This document shows, piece by piece, positions 9,978 through 22,574 of a stretch of DNA of 45,493 nucleotides. The position numbers and the translations under genes were made by a program. How positions within the stretch are numbered: position 1 is the stretch's first letter; the number at the start of each line of letters is the position of its first letter. Under the pieces are notes generated by a model. The model did no database searches and was not told the DNA's origin. It was given only the letters and a program-made list of their open reading frames with translations. The stretch comes from an uncultured Nitrososphaeraceae archaeon. GTDB taxonomy: Archaea; Thermoproteota; Nitrososphaeria; Nitrososphaerales; Nitrososphaeraceae. The DNA is taken from assembly GCA_963765895.1 (NCBI GenBank), contig CAVXZB010000069.1, forward strand, positions 1 through 45,493, read 5' to 3'.

Positions 9978-12220
9978 GTACGTATTTGCCAATATTCTTC
10001 CAAATAAAGGAACTATGAGTACCTCTTTATCTTGTACGGTCCAAAAATCATAATCTCCATACTTCCTATCTCCGAACTGGTTTAAAGTTGTGTTGCCCGT
10101 GATTCCATTATAGGAATCAGCTATTTTCACAAATGTATTTTTCAAGTAATTAACGTCCGGCGTAGCATTAGTATAATTCTCGGCTAGCCCTGCTACCCAC
10201 AATGTATCATATGCAACACTAGCATAAGATCTGGGTGTTCTTTCTATCTGTTCATGGATTTGAGCTTCGACATGTTTAAGCCGTTCATCATTATCGTTTT
10301 CTACTCCAAATATTGGAGTTGTGAAATTCGTTTTTACAGCAAACGCGGCGGCTTCAGTATTTTTTATAAGCTTGTTATTTGGCGTAGAACCGTCACTTCC
10401 ATACCATTTCACTTTAGAAAGCATTGGATGAGTATACGCTTGGATAAAGATAGGGTTACTTCATCATAGGTACCATATATACTCCAACTTTATCGATACC
10501 ATATTGTGATATCGCACTCTGTAGCTTTGATTCTAATACTTTCAGAACATTTTCCCACATGATGAAATTAATTCTATTCAAACTTGCCGCCCAATGTCCT
10601 GTACGTGGGGTATAGCCTAGCTTCTCAGCATCCTTATAAAACTCTCCTCCCATTGCCTGAAAATTCGCGCGCACTGCTCGAATCAATTCACTGCCGTAAA
10701 CGTCATTTCTCTAGAATGGAACGACTACTCTTATTCCATGGTCCCACATTATTTTCGAAATCGCTTTAGCCTGATGCGAGTCATCGGGTACAAACCTAAA
10801 GACATTATCACCCTCAATTGCAAGTGAGGGGGCAGTGCTAGAGGGACTAATTAAGATAAGACCATTTTTGTCAGCAAAATCCTTCGTGGCTTTCAGCTCG
10901 GCACTTGTAGCTGGCCCTATAACTATCCTAACCCCCTCATTTGCCAAGAGTCTTAGTTTGTCAAGGCTCACTGTTGGATCAGATTCAGTATCCTGCACTA
11001 CCAACTCATACCGTATACTAGAATTGCTCTTTGAAAAATTTGCATTTGCATCCCTTAATGCCAATCTCAATGCAGCCTCTGTTGATTTACCAGAGGACGA
11101 AGACACTCCAGATATCGGAAGAAGAGCACCAAATCTCACTGTGTCCCCTGAGCTAGAATGCCCACCTAACTCCTTGGTTTCGATATCTGGCCTCTCAACA
11201 AATGTGGGAAGCTGGATCAACGACCAGATCGATGAGGACGAAAGAGCTGTTCCAATAATTAAAATAACTGTAAAAACAGAAAGTCCAGTTACAGCAACGA
11301 AAAATAAATTACTGGACCAAGCCTTTCCCGTTTTGGTTGATCTATTAAATTCTGATCTAGTAATTCCTGCTGAACTGTCAAAATTATTCGAAGAATTGGT
11401 GTTGCTATCTACGGTCGTACTTGGTGTTACCAAATATACTATAGACCATAAAAGACCTGCAGCGATGATCACACGACTAGCTGCAACGATCATTGTGGAC
11501 GGCCACAATTCATTCGTCAATGAAGTAACAACAAAGAGCTCAAACCAACTGTCTGCTATCACAAGCAGAAGGATCGCAGCAGACTTGAAGATCCATGGAG
11601 TGAACCATTGTGGCTCCTTACGATAGTTTACCACAATCAGAAATGATGGCACCATGATGATTGCGTCCATGACAGGATAAGCAATTATAATAGAAAGGAT
11701 TGCCAAACCGCTAGACGATGATATTTCTACGAGACTCACGGTATATAATATTATCAAAAAAGAGGAAAATTGTATCAGCAATTACAGCTGCTATCAATTG
11801 TTTTTTGCTGAAATGAAATACTTTGTAAAACCGATGATACGTTGAATACACATAATATGACAAAAAAGCATATGCGGTTATAGACAATGCATCAGCTAGT
11901 GAAGGAACTGGCGGTAAGATTTCCAGAATGATTTCATAGACTGCCCAAAGAATTGTCGAGCATAACGACAAGATGAGGGCTAGTGCAAGCGCTAAGTCAG
12001 CTTTTTCAATAAATCCATTATGACGTTTCTGTTGATACAAGATTGCGATGGCAAGCGAAGCGGCTACTGCCGCGGTAATACTAAGAATCCAGTAAGCATT
12101 AATGCCTCTGGTTTCTACTTTGGCAAAAAAAATGAGTGAGCTAGTGGCTGTTATTGTTAGAATCACGCCAAAAAACAAGATCCTCTTAGTAAATCCTATG
12201 CTCGATAGTTTAGTAACCAT
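9969..12220 (-). CDS. multi-TM membrane domain fused to a LivK-type (periplasmic binding protein type 1) domain; split by frameshifts
   Basis: Consecutive ORFs 11711-12220, 10711-11781, 10456-10686, 9969-10424. Hydrophobic helices, then VRFGALLPISG, VIGPATSAEL, LISPSSTAPSL, FRFVPDD, AYDTLW, GITGNTTLNQFGDR. Confidence 0.85.
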
Positions 12221-12269
12221 TCAATCAAGCACCAGACTCAGGGTTGTACAGGTACTGGTAAGCGTCACT

Positions 12270-12450
12270 TAACAATCTTTCGCCGATCGGCAAGCAGTTC
12301 CGGGGACCAAATCCAGCATAATGATAATTTGCTGCCACTATTGCTAGGCTAACTATCTCCTGTTCTTCTTCTCTATCTCTCTTCAGAAATTCCCGCCCAT
12401 TTTTTCATCTCTGCAACTCTATCTATCTTTCTGTATTTTGCCAAAATCTA
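12270..12450 (-). pseudogene. DUF72-family C-terminal remnant
   Basis: Manual translation DFGKIQKDR...EMKKWA...LAIVAANYHYAGFGPGTA, with frameshifts. Confidence 0.6.
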
Positions 12451-12635
12451 TTATGCTGGCTTTGGATCAGAGACTGCCGATATATTCAGAAAGATATTGG
12501 TTTTTCTTCAATAGATTGGCAAGAAGTTAAGTGGAAATATGATAGGCTAGTTCGAACAGATAATACTACTACCATTCCCACAGTGCAAAGATTATTTTCT
12601 GATTATCTGTACACAATTAAATGACCTTTCCATCC

Positions 12636-13082
12636 CTATACGTCGAAACGATCCTTTAATTGAGATTCCTTTACTTCCTGCTGCCAATTATGAGTTAAAG
12701 TAACTTCAACTGTTTTTATTTCTTGGCTAATAGAAGACTTCCGATTGTTTAACACAAATGCATATGCATCGCTTATAGTAGGCCTAAAGACATCATTAAT
12801 TTTTAGTCCACTTCTGTCATAATATGGTTTAATATTAGAACTTCTAATATCATTATTTTCTTTCCATCCTGGGATGTCTTTTCTACTAACAATTAGAACC
12901 TGTATTTCGTCATAAGAATTCTTTACCTCTATGTCAAAGGCAAGTCTATAATCAAACATGAGTATGAGATTTACACCAAAATATAATACTTCATAGCCAT
13001 GGGAATTTCCGGCAGGTATGTTAAATTCATTGATGTTTCTCATAACATGTGGAAGGACCTTCATTCTCACATAAAGAATCAA
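12636..13082 (-). CDS. hypothetical protein
   Basis: 148-aa open ORF, beta-rich composition; no motif recognised. Confidence 0.55.
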   Translation of the reverse strand: MILYVRMKVLPHVMRNINEFNIPAGNSHGYEVLYFGVNLILMFDYRLAFDIEVKNSYDEIQVLIVSRKDIPGWKENNDIRSSNIKPYYDRSGLKINDVFRPTISDAYAFVLNNRKSSISQEIKTVEVTLTHNWQQEVKESQLKDRFDV

Positions 13083-13238
13083 GTTAATGGTTAATTTGAT
13101 TGTCTTGGTAGCTCAGGATAGGACGTCGAGAAAATAGAAAAAATTCCATAATAGCTAAAAGAAGATGTGCCAACACCATTATATGAGGTCTGAAAATGAT
13201 AATAGTGAGTCCTGTATTATTAAGATAGCTACACTGGC

Positions 13239-13261
13239 TTGACATTATATGAAAGTGTCAA
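13239..13261. promoter_or_regulatory. palindromic operator candidate TTGACA-N11-TGTCAA
   Basis: Perfect 6-bp inverted repeat between divergent genes 13082(-) and 13483(+). Confidence 0.3.
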
Positions 13262-13482
13262 AGTGATTAAGATATAAAATTAAATTGCTCAACTTGCAAT
13301 ATTCTGCTATTTCTGACTGGGGTATAGCCCATCTTGCTGATTCTAATACCTTGCTTCTGAGCCATTCGAAGTTGTTTCCATTTTGTATTTCAAAGATTAC
13401 ATTCTAGTACAGTCGATTAATATTGCGTTTTCGTAATCGTCCATGGTAAATACTTGCTACGACTAGAGCAATTTGAAGACAA

Positions 13483-14611
13483 ATGAGCAACAACAATAAA
13501 AAGGTACAAAAAAACACGTGGGAAACATTGAGCGTCATCGCTATTTTATTATCGGCGATTGCTCTTGTTTCATCATCCACACTACCAAGTGGTAGTAGTA
13601 TAGACGTACTTGCGGCGACATCCAACAGTCATATTAATGATCAGACACGCGCATCACCTCAAACGTTAGTTCAAAATCTAACAAAGGCAAATGTGCCTGT
13701 AACATTACCTTTGACAAGAGGATATGTTAATGGTTTCGAAGTTTTCTATATATCAACAGAAACTTCAGATAAAGGGCTAGCTGATCACTTGACTAACTTT
13801 ACTCATTCAAGAGTATCGTATACACCAGCACTAAGAAATGCACCACCACAATCACTAGGAAATCTTTATGTATTTGCAAATGGCATTAAAGGCCCTGGTC
13901 CATTAGGCTTTCAAGCTAACGTAGCAGATTCTCAGCCAGGAGACCCAGGTTATAGTCCACTCTGGAGAATTAATAATGTAGAGTGGAAACAAGGGGTTAG
14001 TCCAAGGGAGATAAAATCAGAAGCTGATGTACTATCTGCACAGAGGAAGGGAGAATTAACTGTAACTCCGTCAAATAAGGTAGTTAATTGTCCATTCGTG
14101 CAGTGGCATGGCGGTTCGTTAAAAGAAAGAAGTGACAAAACTTTAACTGATATGGTCGGCCTATGGGGGAGGACAAGTTCTAAACATCGATACCAAGAAA
14201 ATGCAAGTAACGTTCGTAGGTCATAGAGGGTTTGCCCCTAATGGTTCAACAATCTATTACATAGCAACTGACGCATCTGTTAAGAAAGTAGCTGATGTAT
14301 TAGGTGTGGTATTTGTAAACAAGACCGGTTCAGCGCTGCTATCTGGAGGATCATCTGATCTGTATGTGTTTACAAACGGAATCAAAGGAACTGGGCCTAT
14401 GGGTTATCAAGTAAGCATCGCAGCTGCAAATGTTGGTGATACAGCATACAGTCCATTATGGAGAATACAGGCTACAACATGGAAGGATCCGTCACATGCT
14501 GAATTTCTGACTTCGCTGGCTCAGATTACATCTGCAGCCCAAGCTGGGAAGATAAGTACTAACATCGCAGGAGTGGTAATTAACTGTCCAATAGTTGATG
14601 TGCATGTTTAG
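13483..14611 (+). CDS. secreted protein with two internally repeated domains; frameshift near 14155
   Basis: Signal/TM segment, then the repeat FYISTETS...LYVFANGIKGPGPLGFQ...YSPLWR...VVNCP, recurring as YYIATDAS...LYVFTNGIKGTGPMGYQ...YSPLWR...VINCP. Confidence 0.85.
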
Positions 14612-14769
14612 AAACAAACACAGAAAAGAAAGTAGTCAGACGAGAGAAAGGAATTCATTTCTTTTTTATTTCACTTTTGATCCTACCATGAAAATCGATT
14701 ACCATATCATTCAATTTTTCTGCAAAGTTTAAATGATTTTTTGGTATTTAGAGGGCTTATGCTATACAT

Positions 14770-15303
14770 ATGGTCAGAGAAAATAAGATTGCATTGAGGA
14801 CTATACGATTATCTAAGAAATTGGATGAGTTGCTTCAAAAAGATGCCAATTCAAAGAGGATTACTGTTGGCACACTCATATCCACGATTCTAACTAAATA
14901 TTCACAATGGGATAGATATACTGAAAAATTTGACATGATTACTCTCAGAAAGGAGAGCATAAAAGCTATTCTCGAGGCGACTGAAGACGAGGCGCTGGTC
15001 AGAAAGGCTCGTGAATTAGGAGCTAAGCTTCCCAGGGAATTTCTTATGTTCTGGTTCAAAAAAACGGATCTCGAATCATACCTTCAATATCTGGAATTAC
15101 TATGTAATTATGGAGGCTTTGCGCGCTATGAATTTGAAGCTGAAGGATCTGTATATACTATTACTCTTCTTCATAACATTGGAGAGAAATGGTCTATATT
15201 CCTTAAGTATGCCATGGAAGAAGGTATATTGACTACTATTGGTAGCTTGCCAGGATTTGAGATTAATAAAGGTTCACTAGTTATTAGAATTGGCATATCC
15301 TGA
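14770..15303 (+). CDS. putative transcription regulator with N-terminal ribbon-helix-helix-like segment
   Basis: RTIRLSKKLDELLQKDANSKRITVGTLISTIL pattern; TTTAAAT about 40 bp upstream. Confidence 0.65.
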   Translation: MVRENKIALRTIRLSKKLDELLQKDANSKRITVGTLISTILTKYSQWDRYTEKFDMITLRKESIKAILEATEDEALVRKARELGAKLPREFLMFWFKKTDLESYLQYLELLCNYGGFARYEFEAEGSVYTITLLHNIGEKWSIFLKYAMEEGILTTIGSLPGFEINKGSLVIRIGIS

Positions 15304-16704
15304 TGCCTCTTAAAATAAACCACAGAGTAAGACAAATCGTCATTTCAACCCCAGATAACACCTAGTGTTATTGAGAATATTACAAAAATTTCAGCAAGAC
15401 ATGGTCATGACTCTTCTACTACTATTGGATTTCACACTTTGATATTTAATCATGAATATCTGCAACTAACTGAGCAGTACAATTTTCTTCACTACTTCAC
15501 GAGTCATCACATGCTGATAAAAAACCTAAGTTTATCCATCGTGTCATTCTTGGATCATTCCTTCTCCTTGAGCATGATCAACTTCACCTAATACTCCCTC
15601 ATGTGTCTTTACGTCACATTTTCCTTCCTTAGATCTCTGGATAAAATCTGATGCTTGTTCTACTGCTAATACATAGACAGTTAGACTATAGTCACATATT
15701 AGAAATATTGTTATTATTACGCCAATAGTTAATGACTTCAATCGCCTGTATTATCTCCCACCCCAAGGGGCTAAACTTGGACCTCTAGAACAATCCCAAG
15801 AGAAATTAGGAGAAGGAAATAAGAGATGTCTAAAGACTCCATGTGCCGACTGCGACAATACTGTAATTCATGGCGATAAGGAAGCAATGACCCAAATTCG
15901 GCGAGATGTGCCCATATCATAAGGCAATGATAAGAATGTATAACCGAACACCCCTCGTCAAATGAAAGATCTCCCAGGGCATGACTAGAAAGAACATTTC
16001 CGTAGATGAACTAATTGCTGCCTCTGAAAAACGTGGTGATTATTTCCTTCCAGGCATGACATACGAACAGAAGAAAGCATTCATGGAAAGCATGTTAGAT
16101 TATCTAGAATCCATTGGAGTTATTGCTCATGATGAAGACGAGTAAATAATGCTAAATAATATTAGTACTTATCGTGCTCAAATTTAGGAGCATTATATTT
16201 GATCAGTAATGTTGATTAATACTTATGATGAGACTGCAAGGGATACGATAAATCTAGATATAATGATGAATTTTCTGGCAAAACAAGATTCTAAACTGAA
16301 GCGATCTCTAAAACTATATCAAAGAGATTTAGACAAAGGCAAGATACGGAGAAAATAATTTGTAATTGTTGCGGTCAGGAGATCAATTGTTAGAATTAGG
16401 ACTGAACAGGCAATTGTCACTGTAACGAAGATAGAGCATATAGTGGTGGTGATTTGAAAATTAGAGAAATAGCTGATAATAATAGTATACTAGGATTCCC
16501 ATTATGAAGTCCAACAGACTTTCAATCCAAGATTTTGTAGTCACTAATTAATATAACACTAGCAACTAAGGTCAAGGCAATTATAGCGTCAGTTGGTATT
16601 CTAGGTATAAGAAAGGCTATCTAATGTCAAAATCAAAAAATTATTTGCACGACACATTTCCCGTTAATGATCAGTTAATATAATCATAAAAAAAAGAGGT
16701 AGTA

Positions 16705-17196
16705 ATGACAAGTACTGGAATAATAACTACAAAGTTTGGCGATATCAAGTTAGAATTTTATCCTGAACACGCACCAAAAACCGTAGATAACTTTAAGGAA
16801 TTAGCAAAACAAGGATTCTATGATGGTTTGATCTTCCATAGAATAGTTCCTAAATTTGTAATACAGGGTGGCGACCCTAACACGAGAAACCTATCCAATC
16901 GAGGTACTTGGGGTACAGGTGGGCCAGGATGGAATGTAAAAGCAGAATTCAATAAAAACAAACATTCTCGTGGTGCATTATCAATGGCAAGATCGCAAGA
17001 TCCAGATAGTGCCGGATCTCAATTTTTCATAGTTCTAAAAGACTCTAGTTTTCTAGATGGTCAATATACTGTATTCGGAAAGGTTGCTTCAGGAATGGAG
17101 ATTGTAGATAAAATAGAGGCATTAAGCACTGATTCCGCTGACGCACCGGTAGATCCAGAAGAAGCGAAGATGACAAAAGTAACAATCAGAGATTAA
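16705..17196 (+). CDS. ppiA: cyclophilin-type peptidyl-prolyl cis-trans isomerase
   Basis: APKTVDNF, FHRIVPKFVIQGGDP, GALSMAR, SAGSQFFI, LDGQYTVFG. Confidence 0.96.
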   Translation: MTSTGIITTKFGDIKLEFYPEHAPKTVDNFKELAKQGFYDGLIFHRIVPKFVIQGGDPNTRNLSNRGTWGTGGPGWNVKAEFNKNKHSRGALSMARSQDPDSAGSQFFIVLKDSSFLDGQYTVFGKVASGMEIVDKIEALSTDSADAPVDPEEAKMTKVTIRD

Positions 17197-17490
17197 TCTG
17201 TTATACTAGATCTCAAATTATTTAGTAATCACGCGCGCATCACTTTGAAAATTAACAAAAAAGTTCACAAATATCCAATATATTAGCTTAAAGCTATTAA
17301 AATGGACAGCATAACAAAGCCAGTCCTTAATTTATAATTGAACTTCCCGGAGAGGTGATTAAAAAGGTAATGTTCTCATAATCATAATGCGGTATTTATT
17401 ATTATATTATCTGTATACTATACGCACATATCTATAATATATTATGAATTCTTAATGTTATTGTTGTTGTTATAATGACAATACTTTTGA

Positions 17491-18390
17491 CTAATTCTTT
17501 TTATCGACCTCCCTCTTTAACCAGTCTTGATAATATACACGTCTAGTTCCTATAAAGTTCTTGACTTCCTTAACTCCCTCATAAGATTCCAGTTTTCTCA
17601 GTATTGAATTGACTCTCGATATATTCGCACAAAAGAATACTGCAAAAATAACCTCCTTTTGATAGCTAGTTGGTATATAAAATAAATATTCTTCCATTTC
17701 CTCATATATTCGTTCTACTATTCTTTGATAGTAATACGTATCAATATTAATTAATGCAGCAAATTCGACATATCCTGTTAGTTGAGTAGAAGATAGGTTA
17801 GTTAAAATAGTATATTCCATAATATGGCTTTCTCTCATCATTTCTAATCTCCTTGTTACAGTCTTTGATGATAGTAAAGATTCTTTTGCAATATCATCAA
17901 CTGGCATTCTAGGATCTGATAACTAAGATTTCATAATATTTAAATCAGAAGTAAGAATTCGCATGGTTAATGGTCTATAACTTACAAAGATACTTTCCAC
18001 AGATACTGACTTTAGCAAATCAGTAAGTGTTGGTATCTTTTCTTCTGCGCCTGCCCTGACATATAACACAAACCCAGCAGTTCCTTCCAGATGCTCTACA
18101 TATACTATAACATCTCCTACAAGACTTACCCTATTTATTATGTCCTGTTCCTTAATTGTTTTGTCAATATTTCTAAGTGTTAAAATACATTCTCTTTCAT
18201 ATCCGAATATTACAGGGTTTATACGCACTGCAAACCTTTCTATTGCACCATTAGAAATCATTTTGTTAATTCTCTCTTTTGCAGCATTTGAAGTTAGTCC
18301 AACAGTAGAAGATATATCTTTGTAAGAAGCTCTTGCGTCTCTGGCAAGCAACCTTATGATCTGTAAATCAATATCATCCAGCCTTGTTTG
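17491..18390 (-). CDS. double-domain Lrp/AsnC-family regulator; frameshift near 17925
   Basis: Two HTH units: LARDARASYKDISSTVGLTSNAAKERINKM and DPRMPVDDIAKESLLSSKTVTRRLEMM. Start approximate. Confidence 0.85.
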
Positions 18391-19105
18391 TTACAATATG
18401 TTTATACTAATTTGTCGACCTCAATAAGATTTTCTGCAGATAAAGAAAAATATCTTCAACTACAAATACTGGCATGAACACAGATACTTCAGACATACCC
18501 TGAACTCCAACATAGAATCGATCAGTTAGCAAATATCATGATGACTCAAATAGATTCGTTTGATAATATGTGTATGGTTGACAAACCTGCTGTTTGTACT
18601 TCTACCGTTCGGTTGCTAGTAGAATCAAGATGTAAAAGTATCCCGCCTATTTTAACCTCTTCTTGTGACGAGGTTCAAAGATGCATTAGATATTCATTAC
18701 TTTTATAGCATCTCCTGTTTATTGTGACAATCCTCATGTGTTAGTTACAGGATTACTAAAAGTCCAAGTATCTATTCAGATAGGAGTTCTGTACACATGT
18801 CAGAGCGCTATGGCTTATTCATAACTCTATCCGTAACGTAAACCCACCAGATTACGACTCCGGAATAGTAATCATAGGATACAACTGAAGCCGGTCATTG
18901 CACACATTTATTATGAATAGTATCCATAGGCCAACAAGGCAAAAATGAGAGACAAAGACGCATAGATTCAGTATTATGGTGATTCGGATCCTACCGATGA
19001 AAAGAATGACTGCACCGAATTCGAGACTAGTTACACAGTTGAAAGAACACTCCAGTTTTGAGCAGGGTTATTAATAAAAGTAAAGGTTAGCCGAAGTTGC
19101 TCTGC

Positions 19106-19201
<96 letters not shown>

Positions 19202-19595
19202 GACCACCTGCAAACACCACATGTTATAATCCAATCCAATAATCCGACTACTATCACAATAACCAATTATTTGTCTGTGAATTACATTCAGAATTTTCTT
19301 ATAGAACTCGTATTTTCAAGGACCAATATTTCTTATGTTCCGTACTTTTTTCCAAAAGCATAGATTATAATATATCAAATACAGATACAGTTATCAATTA
19401 AACTCATTTTCTAACGTGCATAGAATTAGACTATCATGGTTTCTTGGTCCATCTTTTCTTGTCCTCTCTGATAGTAGTAGGATCGGCTTATGATGTAGAA
19501 CGATAACAGTATGACAGGTGATGAACTTGACTATTGGTAAAGATGTGTTGGCCTTTTTGTCAAGCCATATATAATATTCGCAGTGTTGCTATACA

Positions 19596-20068
19596 ATGGC
19601 AAAGAAATTACTAGCCATGATCGTGGCTCTTATTGTCGGTGGATTAGGATTAGTAATTACGACAGGAATACAGGGAGCACACTCTGCAGAGCATTGAATG
19701 GTTTTAATGACTGGAATGCGCTGATAAACACCGATCAGCCGCAGACACTAGCCGCGCGAACATTCCAGGTACCACAGGAAAAGACGATTAATGATGTAAG
19801 GCAAGCCCGATTAGTGCTTCTTGAAGGTATCGATAATGCTATCCTGAGACTTATCAAGTCAGAACCAAAGGCTATGATGGATAAGCCAAGAGGAATGTTT
19901 GATACAACTCACATAGCTCAGCTGCTCAAAACAGATCAGTTAGACGAGGCAATTGTAGAACTTGATAAACTACAGGCAAAAGTAGTTAAAGTATTTGGCC
20001 AGGAAGCGGCAGATAAAGAAGTTGTACCTCAGATTCAGAACCTGATAGCGTCGCTAAAATTGGAGTAA
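19596..20068 (+). CDS. secreted helical hypothetical protein; frameshift after the signal peptide
   Basis: ATG 19596 gives MAKKLLAMIVALIVGGLGLVITTGIQGAHSA (signal-like); the mature part continues in the frame of ORF 19583-20068. Confidence 0.65.
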
Positions 20069-20696
20069 CCTTTTCTATGTCCACTCCTCCTCTACCTCCT
20101 AAATCCGTCACATAATATATTTAGAGATAGGGTAAATGAAGTGCCAGAGAAATATATCGTTGTTGTGGGATGCTCACCGAGCGGCTGCGCACAAGATAAG
20201 GATCGCCTCAACGATGGCGACAGTCGTCATCCATAACTATTTTTTATTCGTTAACTAGACCTTCTTTTATCAATAGACAACTAACTAGCTAACTAGTGGC
20301 GCGGCAAATAGATAGAAAAGTATAATGTACACGCTGCCCATAGATAGTTAGTAACAATAACACTATGGATCGAATTCGGTCAGGTCTCTACAATATTCCT
20401 TATGCGGAAGAAATGATAATGATTGGTCCACATTATAATGTGTCAATAGACGCCTGAGAGGCTAACGATATACGATATAATGACAATAGTAGAGTTATTG
20501 TTTGTCCTCGCCGTATTGCTCCTGGTGGATATGATGGCAATGGTGTATTCGTAGTGATTACATAGGTATTGATAAACAATAAGTCTATACTAATAAAGGG
20601 ATATTAAATATCATTGCTATACTTATCGAGATAGTCAAATAATAACTCTATCTACTGATGTTAGAATAAACTTGACATTATCGACATATTCCTCTT

Positions 20697-21296
20697 CTAG
20701 GATTTTAACCAAAGATTCTCAATCTCCTTTGAATTTATAATGGGTTATGAAATTCTTCATGTATTCAAGTGATCTGTCATGTCTGTCTTTATATGGCGAA
20801 GATACACAATCTGAAACTACTACAGAATAGAATCCTCTGTTGAAGGCATCCCTAGCACTAGACTCTTCCAAATTCTGTAGCAGTACCTTGTAAACACTAT
20901 CGTAATAATACCAGCATTTCTAAGCATGCGCTCAAAACCTGTGTCTATGAATATACTTGCTGTATGTTTGTTTATTACTAATTCATTTTGTTTGGGTTTT
21001 ATTGTAAAATCCAATCTTCAGCCGTAAACTGCTTGAATAGGCGGCCAAACCCTAGTTAAGAGTGTATGCGATTGCTGAAGATTCAAATCGTTTTAATGAT
21101 ATTTGAATTGTAAAGAATATTGGAATGTTTGATTTGCGTGCTAATTCTACAACTGAATTCAGATTCCTACTAAATTCTTCTTTATTAAAAATCAATTTGT
21201 GAATGCACGTTGTACATCCCATACCAATGCTGTATGTGAAGGATTTAGGATTTCTTCAATAGTATTATAGGCTATTTTATCTCCAATCTTTTGCAT
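20697..21296 (-). pseudogene. isochorismatase-family cysteine hydrolase, multiply frameshifted
   Basis: MQKIGDKIAYNTIEEILNPSHTAL..WDVQ, INKHTASIFIDTGFERMLRNAGIITIVFT, ESSARDAFNRGF pieces in different frames. Confidence 0.8.
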
Positions 21297-21845
21297 GTTA
21301 TGGTGCGCATCATAAATGGAATAGGTAATTAAGGTATTTATCGATAGTGCAAGTCTATCTGCATAAATCAGCTAGAAATTTTTAACCCATATACGGTCAT
21401 AATATTTACTATGTAGTCCAGAGCAAGGATAGATACATACTTGCAGCCATATATTATGCTAAAATTTATTCAATAGAAACTTACTCTTATTAATTCTCAA
21501 GATAGTGTAAACAGATAGGAGAGTCTATGACTTGATATACAATCTTCGCCGGCCTGACATCAAATTATTACTTATTATTAATCAAAATTTACAATTTATA
21601 GAAATCCATTATTGCGATAAGTTCTCTGCACATTTGTAAAATCAGATTCGCGATGCCGGCGATGTCAATTACTCAACTTTACTAAACGTGTTATATTATA
21701 CTAGTATTCCAATTGGATTTAATCACGATAAAATGTATCCGCATAATCTATTTTTCAGTTTTATTAGCCATTATCAAATAATTGCATGCCTGACTTAATT
21801 AAATAGCTCAATTATTATAGGAGGATTATTACATATGCAGTAATC

Positions 21846-22574
21846 ATGATTTCTGAAAGTCGACACGACAATGACAACGAATTTCCTTTTTCAGATCACG
21901 AAATGAAGGCTGTTTATAAGGCAATATTCTCAAGACGAGATGTTCGCTCTCATTTTATGAGTGATAAAGCCATTCCAGATGAGGTTCTTTTAAGAATTCT
22001 TAATGCTGCACATCATGCACCATCAGTAGGTTTTTCACAACCCTGGAATTTTATCCTCATAAGAAATAGCTCAATCAAAGAGCAAGTTAAGAAATCGTTC
22101 TTAAAAGAATATAAGAAATCTGTTTCCATGCTTGATAACGATAAACAAAGACAGGATAAATACATTTCATTAAGATTGGAAGGAATAATGGAGTCATCCA
22201 TAAACATATGTGTTACATATGATCCAACAAGGTTTGGGCCTTTTGTTCTTGGCAGGACATCGATAGAGGAAACTGGAGTATATAGTGTATGCTGCGCCAT
22301 TCAAAATCTATGGTTAGCTGCTAGAGTTGAAGGTATAGGAGTTGGTTGGGTCAGTATACTTGCAAATGAAGACCTACATCAAATTCTGGGAATACCAAAA
22401 CATATCAGACCAATAGCATACCTATGTCTAGGATATGTTGAAAAATTTTCATCGAAACCAGACTTAGAAGTATTAGGCTGGATATCTAGATTGGGTTTAT
22501 CTGACGTTATCTGTTTAGAGCAATGGGGAGTAACCAATTCAGATAATTGGCAAGATTTTTGTACTGGTACTTAA
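21846..22574 (+). CDS. bluB: 5,6-dimethylbenzimidazole synthase
   Basis: RRDVRSHF, AHHAPSVGFSQPWNF, LRLEGI, CAIQNLWLAARVEGIGVGWVS, AYLCLGY. Confidence 0.94.
   Translation: MISESRHDNDNEFPFSDHEMKAVYKAIFSRRDVRSHFMSDKAIPDEVLLRILNAAHHAPSVGFSQPWNFILIRNSSIKEQVKKSFLKEYKKSVSMLDNDKQRQDKYISLRLEGIMESSINICVTYDPTRFGPFVLGRTSIEETGVYSVCCAIQNLWLAARVEGIGVGWVSILANEDLHQILGIPKHIRPIAYLCLGYVEKFSSKPDLEVLGWISRLGLSDVICLEQWGVTNSDNWQDFCTGT

Noticed and set aside
10835-11626. 263-aa plus-strand ORF
   Set aside because: Antisense shadow of the membrane/SBP gene.
15760-16360. Short ORFs (15981-16145, 16209-16358) and a CADC motif
   Set aside because: Possibly decayed genes, but no recognisable family or consistent frame.
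21540-21670. GC-rich GCCGGC / GACATC-GATGTC patches upstream of bluB as a cobalamin riboswitch
   Set aside because: No B12-box or GGGAA core recognisable; pairing is short.
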